In this document: in pieces, positions 52,225-64,000 of the stretch
How the letters are laid out: the number at the start of each line of letters is the position of its first letter
Position numbering within the stretch: the first letter of the stretch is position 1
NCBI GenBank assembly: GCA_027604505.1
Contig: JADIIX010000007.1
Span: 124,001 to 188,000 of the forward strand
Direction: 5' to 3'
Origin: Gonapodya sp. JEL0774
Taxonomy: Eukaryota
Length of the DNA stretch: 64,000 nucleotides
Position numbers and translations under genes: made by a program
Notes under the pieces: generated by a model
What the model was told of the DNA's origin: nothing
Databases searched by the model: none
What the model saw: the letters and a program-made list of their open reading frames with translations, nothing else

Positions 52225-52484
52225 GAGTGCCAAAATTGATTCTGTAATACGGACTCAGAATAGTTGTAGTATAAAATGAATGCATGGGTTTAGAGTAATC
52301 AAGAGATTTCACTTTCTACGTCCGACACCCATCGGAGTTCCAGATAACCGTGTGAAGCGGGAGCAAGAGTCTCCCATCATCACCGCGTCCCGTCGGAACC
52401 CATTTATACAAACACATCTCGAGAGCAGTGACTGTGATTTCTTGCTTACTCGCCCACAGGATCGCACATACACGCATATCACCA

Positions 52485-55080
52485 TTAATTGCTCCCTAGC
52501 ACGCCCATTCTTGCAGCTCTGATACAGATCACCAAGGCGGAGGAGCAGTGACAAATCCCAAAACGCCACTTAATGAGCCCGGACAATTCTTTGCGCATTC
52601 ATCCTCACTCGCAAAGACTGCCCAGCTCACCTTGCTCTGCTGTAATCTAACGATCCCTGAACTCCACCGTCTTTCTTGCTGCTATCCTTCTCAAGCCACT
52701 CAGCAGGTCCCTGTCCCTTTAAGTATCGTTTCAATTGCTCTTTGGTTGGCATCGGGGGAAATTGGGGACGGGCCGGAAGTTCGGCACTAAGAGCCCAATG
52801 TGAAACGTGTTCGTGTGTGCGGGTAGAGGGAAGGGCGGGCGATAGGAGGCGCCGGGATACTTACTATGCTTTTGCGAGCAACTCATCAATGACTGGCTCG
52901 GGGTGCTCGCTAGCACTGTAATGGAAGCGAACTTCCACTTTCAAATCCAGAAGATGAGGACCACATCTCTTTCCTCAATCTTACCACGACGCACCTTTCG
53001 GGGGGAACACCTTCTCGACTTCCGCCTTCCATAACTTCCAAGAAGTCTGCGGGTCCTTGATTGCCGCCGAAGAGGCAGCCGCCGCCAAGGATGCACCTGA
53101 GATAGAGGTGGGGAGCCCGATAGAAGCGTAAGAGTCCGTGCCTATCACGTGACGTTATGGTCAAGAGTGAAGGAAGATCGTTAATTACAACAGAAGCAAT
53201 TAGCAAAAACTGGAACTGAGCAATTATCGGTGACACTTTACACACGCACCCGGTAGAACATACACGGCCCGGTCGTGTTCCAGGGTCTCGTGCTTAGGTG
53301 GAGGAGTTTTAAATGCGAAGTGGGAGAGGAGTTGGCGGCACTGCGAGATCAGAGGTGGGTGTAGAGAGCGGAGTTTCATGAGTAAGTGTAAGGCCAAGTG
53401 TACGGAGAAACAATTTCCTGTTGTATCCACGAACACTGAATTTCTGACTACCCAGACAAGTCACTGACATAGGGGTTCAGAAGAAGGTGACATATGGATT
53501 AGTGAGACCTACCCTTCCGGCCAAAGATTCGTCTCCCGCAGCAACGTAGCACAGCGTCGCTCCATTGGTATGCGCAAGATGTCGTAACGCAGATGTGATA
53601 AGTCGGCGGTGAGACCTTGTATTATTGGGTGAGGCGGTCTGTAAATTCGCGCGAGGCAGAAACGGGACTTACACTTCCAAATGCTGGAAGAGGTCGTACT
53701 TGCATCCAACGATGACAGCGGGAATGGGGAGAGGAGCTACAAGGGACCTGTTGTTTGTTTTGTGGTGAAGATCAACTGCGTGTTCTTTCTCTCCAGTCCC
53801 ATAGAGCACGTTTCCAGAACGAACGCACTTGTCCTCATGGCCCTCTCCATATTTTTTGATAGCGTGTGCACGCAGGTTTTTTGGGCGTCGCGACCCACGG
53901 CGCTCAAGTGACTCGGAGACATCGGCGCAACGCTGACGGACACGGTCAAGGATAGGGAGCAGGGTGGGGAGTATCAGAGAGGGCTAGGTGTCACTCAAGT
54001 CAAGAGGTGGTGGAGAATATGAAACAAGGATTGGGAAAGGAGATGTTCATTAGTGATCCGCTTCCTCTGTCCGTCATCCATTGCGAGAAACCAGAATGCT
54101 CAACCAACTTCAGATAAGTCTGCCACAAGTACATAGCAGGACGTGTGTAAAGTACGATCTTTGAGGGGGAGATCGAGGCACTTCAAGAGTGTGGTACCAC
54201 GAGCTGAGACATTAAGCGGGCGCGGTTTGAAGCGGCGGAAAGTGGTTAGCGGCCTTGATACCTTGATCCGATCTTTGGCCCTTTGCTCTCTCCCAGTTGA
54301 ACATGGCTCACCAACTTCATATATATGCACGACATCCTTCACTTTTCCCCGAGTTCTGCGGCCGAATCTTCAGGAACGCGGAGAAAGTTCAACAATTGGT
54401 TGTGCATCGAGGAAACAAAGAGTGGTTGATGTCAAGGCAAGCGAGCATGAAAGGTTTTGCAATACTTCAGAGAGTGGATGGACGCTGCGAGCACACACAT
54501 ACGTGTATTCGTAAGAGATCGATTTCTGTGGTGGATCCGCTTTTATCGAGGGTTAGCATGGGGCAGGTCAAGGAGAAATAGATTGGAGGGAAAGTTAAAA
54601 GGTAATAGCGACACGTGGTTGTGAAGAGCAACTCCATGAGCGGAAACCAATGTGGAAGAGTTGGGAATCAAGCATACGTACACTTGTTCAAAAACTTCAT
54701 TACGAGGGAAGTTTTGCCTGCACCACGCTGACCACAAAAAACAAGCGTAGACTCTATTCGCTCTAGGTACCAAAGGGATAAAAAGAATGCGCGACGAGTC
54801 AGCATGGAACATCGTTTGGGAGCAATGTACGAGTCGTACCATCCGCGGACTTGCCCATTTCCTTTGCTAGCTCTACTAGCAATGCACCAAAGTCAACTTT
54901 TTCTCGTGGTTTACTTGGGTCTGGGATCGGAGGGATGTCAGGTGGGGGGATGAACTTTGGGACAGTAATTGGTTCATCCTCGGCGTCAGCTGGAACAAGG
55001 TGAGGGAGGAGTGGCAAGGGTGGCAGAAATGGCGATGGGACAGTTTGTTGCGGCTCAACGATGTCTTTTGATGTTTGCAT
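52485..55080 (-). CDS. DYNC2LI1: Cytoplasmic dynein-2 light intermediate chain (retrograde IFT); start and end approximate
   Basis: Spliced: P-loop STLVFCGQRGAGKTSLVMKFL|..SISYEYT|FGRRTRG..KDVVHIYEV|ARGTTLL..VLVADLSE, then PFPAVIVGCKYDLFQ, HFAF..DRAVYVLPG|TDSYASIG, WKAEVEKVFPP and HPEPVIDE. Confidence 0.85.
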
Positions 55081-55509
55081 GCTTTCTGTGGGGTTGCAAG
55101 ATCTTTCGAGTTATTCTCTGTCCGATGAGTTGTTGTGCTTGCAGGTGGGGGGCATCGGATGAGTTTAGGTCATCATCATGAGCTAGTCCGTCAACCATAC
55201 TTTTTCAAGGGCATCAGCACTATTTTCACCATGTATATAAATTCCTTGCGGCCCAAATTCTGATACGGCTCTTTGGAAAGGACTCCGACAGAAACAAAAA
55301 GCATGTAAACGTCCACATGAACTGTGACGGTATAATAAGTGACACCGGTGTCATTGTCTAGATTGCAGTCTTACAGTAACTTAGATAAAATTACGTGCTG
55401 AAGACACTCAAGCACCACCAGCTGCGGGGGGAGTGCCATCCCATTCTGTTCATACTTCCTATTTGCCTTCCGGGTAGGAGCCCCGGCCTAGCTGTCCGAC
55501 GACGCTTTG

Positions 55510-58500
55510 ATGTCGTTTTTCTCGTCGTTGTCGCAGTCGTTTGGAGGTGGGGACGGCTCTAGCGACAACGCATGGATGGGGAAGATTCTGAACGCAGCAT
55601 CCAGTATCGAAAAGTCAATTGACAAGGCGAGCTCATCATGCGACAGTCTTCGATAATTTTTTCCAAGATTGTCACTTCATTTTCACAAATGAAAACTGGG
55701 TTAATCTCTTTCCCTTCTTGGGCGGTTGAATCTTACTGGCATTCAATTCCACCGGCTGACGTTGGTACATCAGGTCTTGGATATCAAATCGACTTCAGAT
55801 CATGCTGCGCCTTGTCAGTTCAGAGCCATGTTCTTTATCAAATCTTGTTGTTCCTTCACACTGTTTGTATGTTACCTGGCACACCATCAGCCAATTCCTC
55901 CGCCCCGGGTCCTCCCATCCATCAGCAGCCGTTCATCGTGGCTGATGATATGATGTTCGGCTGGTCCCTTCCATCCTCCGCGTCCCTACCCCCTCGCAAC
56001 CCGCCGTATTCCCCCCCTTCTTCATCCACTAGCTCACCAACCACGACTTCTTCGCCTACCGTGCTTTTAGACTTTGCGTCGTCGTTATCATCGTCAGTAC
56101 GTCAGGCGAGACTCGCGGGAGTTGGACAATGGGTTGTCGGTGCCGCGCAGGGGGGGGCGGGATCATCACCAATACCTGCATCCCCACCTGCGCCTGCTCA
56201 TGGGAAGGGGCCAATGCCCGTTGGTGCGCCGGGGGGGACTGAACAATCTGCAGCCGTGACGAGTGCGGCTGCACCGCTCACTGGGTCCACTTGGACCGTC
56301 GGCAGCTCCGATGCACTTTCGACATCCCGAGAAGCCCTGTTATCTCCAAACAGGGTAAACCATGGTGGTGGACCGAGTAGTGCCGAAAACTCCGAACTCG
56401 CGCAGTTTTCGTCAGAGCTTACTCCCTTGGAACAACCCGTCGTGGAATCTCCTCCAATCCTGGCTGCGTCCAATTGGACTCTAGGGTCGTTCGATGAGGT
56501 GGCTTTGGTAGGCAGTGCCGAGAATAATTTTGGCTTGGAGGTGGACGGAGTCGATTGCTCAAAGGGATTAGTTACCGATATGTTGGAGAAGGATGGTGAA
56601 AAGTCAGTTGATGAGGCGCAACAAAACTTTGGGGACAAGAGAGCAATCGAACATAGTTTGATCTCCGTGGGCAAGTCGAAACTTACAGTGGACGAAGAAA
56701 AACGCCCGGATGCACAACCCGAGCAGGCAACCGTGGATTCCGCAGTAATAACAGAAAATCCCTTTTCTGACCCTGCGCGGCAGATTGTAACAATCGAGGC
56801 AGCAAGTGTCCCGAAGAGGCAAGTTGCTGCTACAGATCTTGAAGGGACCGAAGACGCGAATGAGAAGTCAGCTACTGTCCGACAAGCTGAACCAGAACTG
56901 ATAGAAGCGTCGTTGGAGCGAGGCTTGGCTGAAGAGTTTCAAGATCCTGGGTTCTTGAATACAGTTCCTCGGTCTCAAACGAAGGCTAGTGCGAAGCCAA
57001 CAATAGTTAAATCCCACTCCCCGACATCCAACCCATCAGAAATTCTAGTGGACGGGATTGAGGAATCATCCGCTGCCACACCTGCTCAGACAGTGATAGC
57101 GGCCACAACAGACTGGGTCACGAATCTAGAAAAGGAAGAGACAACTCCAGAAGGCCTGGTGGAGGAGAACGCTGAATCGTCTATGGCAAAAGACTTAGCT
57201 GCTATACCAAGAGATGAAGAGGCGGCACCTGGATCATTCAAGAATACTGAAGTGCCCGAGTTGGCACAGCCTGTTTCCTACTCCACTACTCCCTCTTCGT
57301 CCTCTGCTCCCAGCCTCTCCCTATCCACCCAGGTATCCCAATCACCCGATGCAGCCCAGAATCACGACCTTCCTATCCTCCTTCATACCATCGCCTCTCG
57401 TGAGCGCCAGCTCCTCACAGCCACAGAAGACAATGCGCACCTCCGCCATACCGTAGATTCGCTACGTAACGACGTAACACGGCTGGAGCGAGATTTGGCT
57501 TTAGCGCTGGACATGGCTGGATCGGGCTCTGGGTCAGTCGGTATTGGACGGAGTAAAGCTGATGATGAAGCGTCGCGTTTGCGACAAGAGCTTGAGGTGA
57601 CGCGTGCTGCTCTTGCTTCAAAGTGCGAGGAAGCAGCGCAGCTATTGGCCGAGGGCCAAGCTCTAAGCCAAAAAGAGGTGAGGGCCACTAATGCACTGCG
57701 GAAGGCACGTGAAGATGCCAGGGAGAGCGAAAAGAGGTTCGTGGAGGCTGAGAGGGAACGAGATCAGAGTCGGAAAGAGGCCGAGGAGGTGAGGGAAGCG
57801 AAAGAAAGGGTCGAGAGAGAGTGGAGGAAGGCAGCAGGTGAGTCATATCGCAATGCCCGCCTGAGCCATCGATGGCACTATCTTTTCCTCACAGACTCCC
57901 TCAAATCACTGACGGAACTGCACACCGCCCAAACGAACGCTCTCCTTCGCCTTGAATCTGAGTTGACTACCCTCAAAGATGAGAAGCTGGCGCTACAACA
58001 GCAGGTGGAACGGACGTGGGCAGAACTAGCAGAGGCTCGGAGGGTCGCAGCAACCCAGCTGGAAGACAGGGTCAGAGAGGAGGTTGAGGAAAAGGTGTGT
58101 CGGGACTAGCGTTGAGGTTACTCGTTCAATCTGAGTCATATATTGCACAAATATTCATTTTGTAGACGCGGCTTGCGTCGACACTTGCGGATCAACTCGC
58201 CAATCTTCAGCGAAATCACGACGCAGCAGAAGCTGCCGCAAGGAGAGAATTGACGGAAATGAAACAGGAGTTAAAAACAGCGGAGGAGGAATGGGGGTGG
58301 AAGGAGGACAATTTGAGGAAAGAGATTGCTGTAAGTTACAGGTGGGGTACGGGAACTTTGCGCAGAGTGACTGAGGTGTGCTAAGACCAATATTTGCTTC
58401 CGGTTGGCTCTGTCCACCGCTCTCCCAACACTATTTCCAGTCACTCCTCGCCCGACTTCACTCCTCCGATCTCCGTGCCGAGTCCCTCGCCTCCGCAGCT

Positions 58501-59679
58501 CAAGAGTCTACCCGCCCACTTTTACGTCAAATTGATGCACTCCAAGCAGCCCAGCAAGCAGCTCAGGCCAATTGGGAGGCGGCGGAGCTTGCCTTGGCGG
58601 AGAGAGTAAGGGAGGCAGAAAGTGAGCGAGCGGTTGCTGTGGAGAGGGAAAGAGCGGCCCGGGAGAGAGAAGGGGGTTTGGTGAGCTCCCAATTTCAATC
58701 CTTCATGTTGCTTGGCATAATTAGATGAGAGATTTAATCGCCAAATTGCAACGGGTTTTGTAATATGCAGACGACCAGAATCGCTTCGTTGGAGGCGCAG
58801 CTATCGACCGAGCGCCAGGATAAGGCGCGAGTTTCTGCCGAACTAGACGTATCCCGTCGCCGTGCATCGTCCTTGGACCGGAAGAGTACGGAAATGGCTG
58901 CCCGTCTCGCAACACTCGAGTCTGCCCACGCGCGGGAGCTGGAAGATGCCAGGGAGAGCTACCATAGCCAGCTTCGACAGCAGATTCGTGACGCTGAGCA
59001 GACATGGGAAAGGAAGAGGAGGGAAGAGGACAGAGAGAAGATCAGGGGAGTGGAAAGTCGACGATCTTCGGAGAGAAATAGGTTGAGGCTGGATATAGCA
59101 CAAAAGGGTGGAGGTGGATCGGGGAGAAGCAGCCCACACGACTCCATTTTGTCTTTCCATGAAGGTGGAGGACCCAATGGTCACCTTACTTCTTTAACTC
59201 CAGCCATCGACGTAGCTGGAAGTGTATTTGGCTCGCCCGTCGTGGGTGTAAATTCACATCTCGCCGTTGAGCGACTCTCGATTGCTGTCAAGAGTCTGGA
59301 GAGTCAGGTGGGGTCTCTACAGGCGCAACTCAAAATGGCAATGAAGACGCGAGATGAGTTGGCGGAGGAACTTGTTAAGGGGACGACAGAGAACGAAAGG
59401 TTGAGAGAGGAAGTGCTCAAAGCAGCTCTACTGAGGAGAGAGTTCACCGACTTGAGCAGTCGGTGAGTCTCCCGTCATTCATTCCGCATTTTCTGATCAA
59501 GTGGATCAACTAACATGACCTTTGTCTGCAATTTCGTTAGACACGACGCTGCTTTAGTTCTGTTAGGCGAGAAAACGGAAACAGTAGAAGAATTAAAAGC
59601 AGACATTGCTGACATGAAAGTGGTGTTCCGGGAGCAGCTCGAAAACTTACTTGCGGCACAACAGCAGGAGGCCAAGTGA
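55510..59679 (+). CDS. TMF1: TMF1/Sgm1 golgin (TATA element modulatory factor), coiled-coil
   Basis: N-terminal SIEKSIDK|VLDI; internal LLAEGQALSQKE and ESTRPLLRQIDALQ; C-terminal RDELAEELVK and HDAALVLLGEKTETVEELKADIADMKVVFREQL. Confidence 0.9.
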
Positions 59680-59764
59680 ACCATGATAAGATGAAGGGAT
59701 TGTACCGTTTTGAACATTCGTATATACACCGTATTTCACATGGGTGGGTTTGCGACACCTCGAT

Positions 59765-60625
59765 CTACAGCGCAGGCACTGCGTCCACCCGAAGTTCTTT
59801 CCTCAGCTCCTCTAGTGGTTTCTCCCATTGCTCTTCATAATAAATGTTCATTGGGTACTTGCCCCGACCGGCATTTCGCAGTGCCCACGGCACATAGATT
59901 GTGAAAAGTCTCCCTCTCTGATGTGGAGTCAATCTGAGAGGCCCGAAGACACCAGAGATCAACGCAACAGGCATCCCGTGATGAGCGAATTCCCACCACT
60001 TGACGGCAAGTTCTGCCTCCACAGAAATGGACATTCCGGTGACAACGTGCCAGAAATCATGGACTTCACGGTACCGCTGCATCACGTAGGCAAGGACGGA
60101 ATCATCAACATACTTAACCTAGGCGAGGAGAGAATGAGGAGAGGAGAGTTATTTTTGATTTGGCGGTGCATTGAAGTAGAACCTTACCGGCTCACGGGAG
60201 TCGGGCCCCACACCTTCCCTATCCAGCCATCTCACGTACTCTCTCCCAAACGTCCCGTCAGACAATTGTCTCAAAGCCTCTACGTCTACGGTCGAGCTAT
60301 TCACAACAGGCCGCTCCCGGAGTATCCGCCGACCAATTGGGTCCTGCAGCATTTTGTCTCGGACCTGACGGAGAGCAACCGGACCAGTCGTTTCACCGAG
60401 CGCAGCGACCATATCTGTGGAAGCAAATGAAGAAATTTGGGGCGGAAATTATATGACGATATGAGTAAACGACTTTGATTTAACAACCCGCCCACCAGCT
60501 CTTGTTGGTGCAGCCAAAGCAGTAAATGCGGATCCCAGGGCGATTGCAAGTTTTTGAATGGAAGATGACGGAATATGTGAGTGGTACTTTGGTTCACATG
60601 AGCTTGTACCTAACCTGCGATACAT
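59765..60625 (-). CDS. COQ4: Ubiquinone biosynthesis protein Coq4
   Basis: Motifs DMVAALGETTG, MLQDPIGRRILRERP, and metal motif YVMQRYREVHDFWH..EAELAVKWWEF. Confidence 0.95.
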
Positions 60626-60837
60626 TTGGGAGGGTTCTGTGTTGCAAGACGGCAATGTTGTTGAAGCACTGAGTCTTTTCTTGTCACGAATGTGTAACTT
60701 TTGGTCCAAAATTTTCCCATAACTTTACCAATGACTGTAGTCAACAATAGGATTTCAGCAATGATGGCCGTCACCAATGTCTGTCACCCGGCCTATTAGT
60801 AATGACTGCCACCCCGCCCATGAATGAAACGATCATC

Positions 60838-62054
60838 CTACGCTCGTGTTTTCTTTCTACTTTGAAAGTCCTTCACTTGCTTAACTATGTCCTCCGCTAT
60901 TCTCTCCTTTGAGTCAATCCTACCATAATGACGAGCATACTGTCCTTCGGGATTGATAAGGTAAAAGAAAATGCTATGATCCACGAGATAGTCAGTCTCG
61001 TCGTCATCTAATGCTCGTGGAGGGGCGGAAAAGTAGAGCCGATAGGCACGAGCTGTGGCTTTGACTTGGTCGTATGTCCCCGTCAAACCGACAAGGCTAG
61101 GATGGAAATCTGTGCACGAGGAGAATATGAGAGTAAACAAATTATCGACATTATTTCGCTAACAGTGGATATTGCCAAGGACGGCAGAAACAGCACCTTG
61201 AAGATATGCCTTCACAACCTCTACGGAGTCCCGTTTTGGGTCGCAAGAGATGAATATTGGCACCACCGTGCCATCAAAGTCTGAGTCTTTTGCTTAAGAT
61301 AAAAGAGAGATTAGACAAACTCTCAAAGTGGATGGACCACGAGATGTTCACTCACCAAGTAGGTCTATTATGTGACCCATCTTTTCGAGTTCCTCCGGGC
61401 ATACATCCGGACAGTACGTGAAACCGAAATATATTAGCATCCATCTTCCACGGTAGTCCAGGTCTGTCACTGGACGACCTTCATGGTCCACTAGCGAAAA
61501 GGGTCCCCCAACTAACGGTTTTCCCGCTGCAGAGGTGGCCTGTTCGACAGCCAGCCGCGTTTTTTCCTTTTCCACTCGCTCTTTTTCGTATTGAAAATAG
61601 TAGACGAGGCCGACACCGGTTACTACGAAAAAGGCGACTGCTGTCCATGTCATGTACTGGAGTTGAGCCAACGCAGGCAATGTAAGAGCACATTCCGTTT
61701 AGCAAAACAGATTCTCATTGCTGATACAGAGTGGAACACTCGCAGATAGATGAGACAGACCTGAAAATCCTTCTTTGACTGAGTTGGTTCGGAGGTGGGA
61801 ACCGCTGCGTATCCTTGGCGCGACGATGCGTCATGAGGAAGTACAAGCAGAGGCTTGGTAAAATGTGAGTGCTGAAAACTGTGTTCCTCCAAAGTCCGTT
61901 GCGAGCGAGGTCTTGGTGATACAGATCCTAGCTGACGGGAGGCGGAGGGAAGGCGATGATGGCGAAAAGAAAAACTCCACCGAATGTTGATGTCTGCACA
62001 GATAGTTCGCAGGTGACTTAATCCCGAGATCTTTGTACGTGAGGTTGTCAGCAT
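60838..62054 (-). CDS. SCO1: Cytochrome c oxidase copper chaperone Sco1/Sco2
   Basis: TM helix followed by VGGPFSLVDHEG, copper motif YFGFTYCPDVCPEEL, PIFISCDPKRD and YLVDHSIFFYLINPEG. Confidence 0.95.
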
Positions 62055-62583
62055 TTGCGCTGTGGATGAGAGTCTTTGGGTGAAATATAGTGGTACAGCT
62101 CGACTTACCAGTAATAATAGGAACCACTAGTATGCAAGTGAGTTTGTTACTCTCTGTGGTTGAAAAACGCTCAATTGATGACTTACGTCATTTGCCAGAG
62201 GAACATCATTTCAATTATGCCGACTTGGCCGATTCAACTAAAATGATCCACAACCATGAAAATATTCAATGTCACGGACTTTCTAAAAGAAAAAATTGCG
62301 ATGTGCGAGATCAGCAGCAGAGGTTGAAGAAAGTGAGCATACAAAAAATGTGACACCAACTTACTTGAAAGGCAACCTGTCCTTCCACTCAAGACATTCC
62401 TGTTTGCGAGTGAAAGCCGGGCAAAGAGAAGAAATCATCACGAGAGCGTGGTTCAGTTTTTGAGCAGGCCGTGTCTGCGAGGGTAGAAACCAGCGAGGCC
62501 ACGATTGCCGCTTTCCCGACCCACTTCGACCGTAAAATCACTTTCCACAAACCGATCCCAACCCACACGGGAATCCACCAAGA

Positions 62584-64000
62584 ATGGCCGCACAATTCCC
62601 AGGCGCTCCTACCACTGTGCAACCAATAAGTATCCTCCCTGAGATGATGATAGGGGTCCAACAAATGACCATTCCGGCATATGGAATGGCTGGCCATGAA
62701 CAACAGCAAATGTACATGGCCACGACATCTGATGGCCAGCAAGTTTATATTCCGATGAATTCTCTCAGCCCCCCATCCACAGGAGTTACAGGTGAATCCT
62801 TAGGAGTTGTGGTTGTCTCATCGCGAGCAAACCGGTGTCGCTGCGGACTCATCCCCTTTCTACTTTTCTCGTTCCGTTCTCTCAAAACCTTCTCCGAATA
62901 CATAGTGGCGCTCAAGGGAGGTTCCACTCCCACTTTGCCCAATCGAGGCGTCCCGAGGAAGAATTTCTCCCCGGCTGAGAAGGCAAAAATGATGGCTCTC
63001 TTCGAGCAAAATCAAAACCCCACGACCATGTACCCTACTCTTGCGGCCGAATTCGGTCGACCCGTAAACTCGGTGAATGATTTCCTCCTGACCTTGTACT
63101 CTGTGTGACCGACCCTATTAACATCACATTGGGCTCCAACCTAAGATAAGAAACTGGTTCCAAACTGAGCGCACGAAGTTCAAAAAGGCTAGAGCCTCCT
63201 CGAGCAATAGTACTCCTGTGAATCAAGACAGCGGAGATGGTGAGTTTCATCATTTGCACAAGTTGTTTTGTGTCCTCTCTCTCACCTCCACTTTCACTGC
63301 CGTAGAGGATGGTGCCGTCGAATCCGATTCCATAGCAAGCGATTACCCAGTAGTTCCCGTAAGTAGCTACCTCCTTTGTGTAGTTCAAGACTTGTCGACA
63401 ACGAATTGGAGAATCAAATCGAACCAACTGATGGCACATATCTTGCCACCCACAAAGATGGGGAAACAAGGCCGAGAGTGCACTTTGGAAACAAAATGGT
63501 CCAAAGACACTTCCCTAAAAACGCGCAAATTTTGAGCCAAAAAGGCACTGCGCCACAAAACTTGGGTGTGGGAATGGGAGAACCCTTGTCCGTTTTGCCA
63601 AACGTCGCTCTGATCACAGACCCCCTCACCATTTTCAGGACCCGGCAACTGCACGTACTAAGTCAGCGAGTGCTACAACGCCTGCCACCACAATCCGCCT
63701 CAGAATGTCTAACCCCTCGGCGGCGCCCCCTCTTCCAATTAATGAAGTAGGGGACACGTCGACATCATTCTCGTCCGGTGCAAGTCGCTTTCAGAATGCC
63801 GAATCAGCAGTGCAGTCTGTTGCCCTCGCAACGCTTGAAAGTGAAACTAACGCTGTCACTTCTGTGAAGTCAGCCACCGCCGCAGCCATTGAATTGAGCG
63901 CTTCCACCCTGCCTGCTGCTTCTACAAAAATTAAGCTACCCATTGTCAAACAGCAAAGGCCTCTGCCTGCTCCACAGCCTCTGCCAGCTTCATTCAAGGC
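62584..64000 (+). CDS. Homeodomain-containing transcription factor (atypical); 3' end probably runs off the window
   Basis: RGVPRKNFSPAEKAKMMALFEQNQNP..LAAEFGRPVNS|IRNWFQTERTKFKK (intron 63073-63145). Downstream exons are low-complexity and only partly resolved. Confidence 0.72.

Noticed and set aside
59765..62054. COQ4-SCO1 as a mitochondrial gene cluster
   Set aside because: Two adjacent mitochondrial genes from different pathways are unremarkable in a gene-dense genome without synteny evidence.

Overview
Gene-dense, intron-rich eukaryotic DNA with short GT-AG introns (GTGAG/GTAAG donors, YAG acceptors) and many micro-exons. The ORF track is therefore fragmented, and I stitched the genes by hand across splice sites, so exon boundaries and some starts are approximate. 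Fungal-type housekeeping genes together with three cilium genes (KAP3, CATIP, dynein-2 LIC) point to a zoosporic, chytrid-like fungus; this is inference. About 24 protein-coding genes, in order: BTB protein, KAP3, signal-anchored oligopeptidase B-like peptidase, a large CBM48 + GW-repeat + CnjB-like + 14x CCHC zinc-knuckle gene, POP3/RPP38, GH114, ABHD13/Bem46, MCM7, MAD2, RBX1, METTL16, SAC1, CrgA/LONRF-like, CATIP, kexin, RPEL protein, 14-3-3, FIG4, otubain, DYNC2LI1, TMF1/Sgm1, COQ4, SCO1 and a partial homeobox gene. I found no rRNA, tRNA, CRISPR array or recognisable transposon. The most striking item is the minus-strand gene at 9325-16195, which no single ORF in the track shows. It appears to fuse an AMPK-beta-type glycogen-binding module to an Argonaute-hook-like GW-repeat/zinc-knuckle RNA-silencing scaffold.
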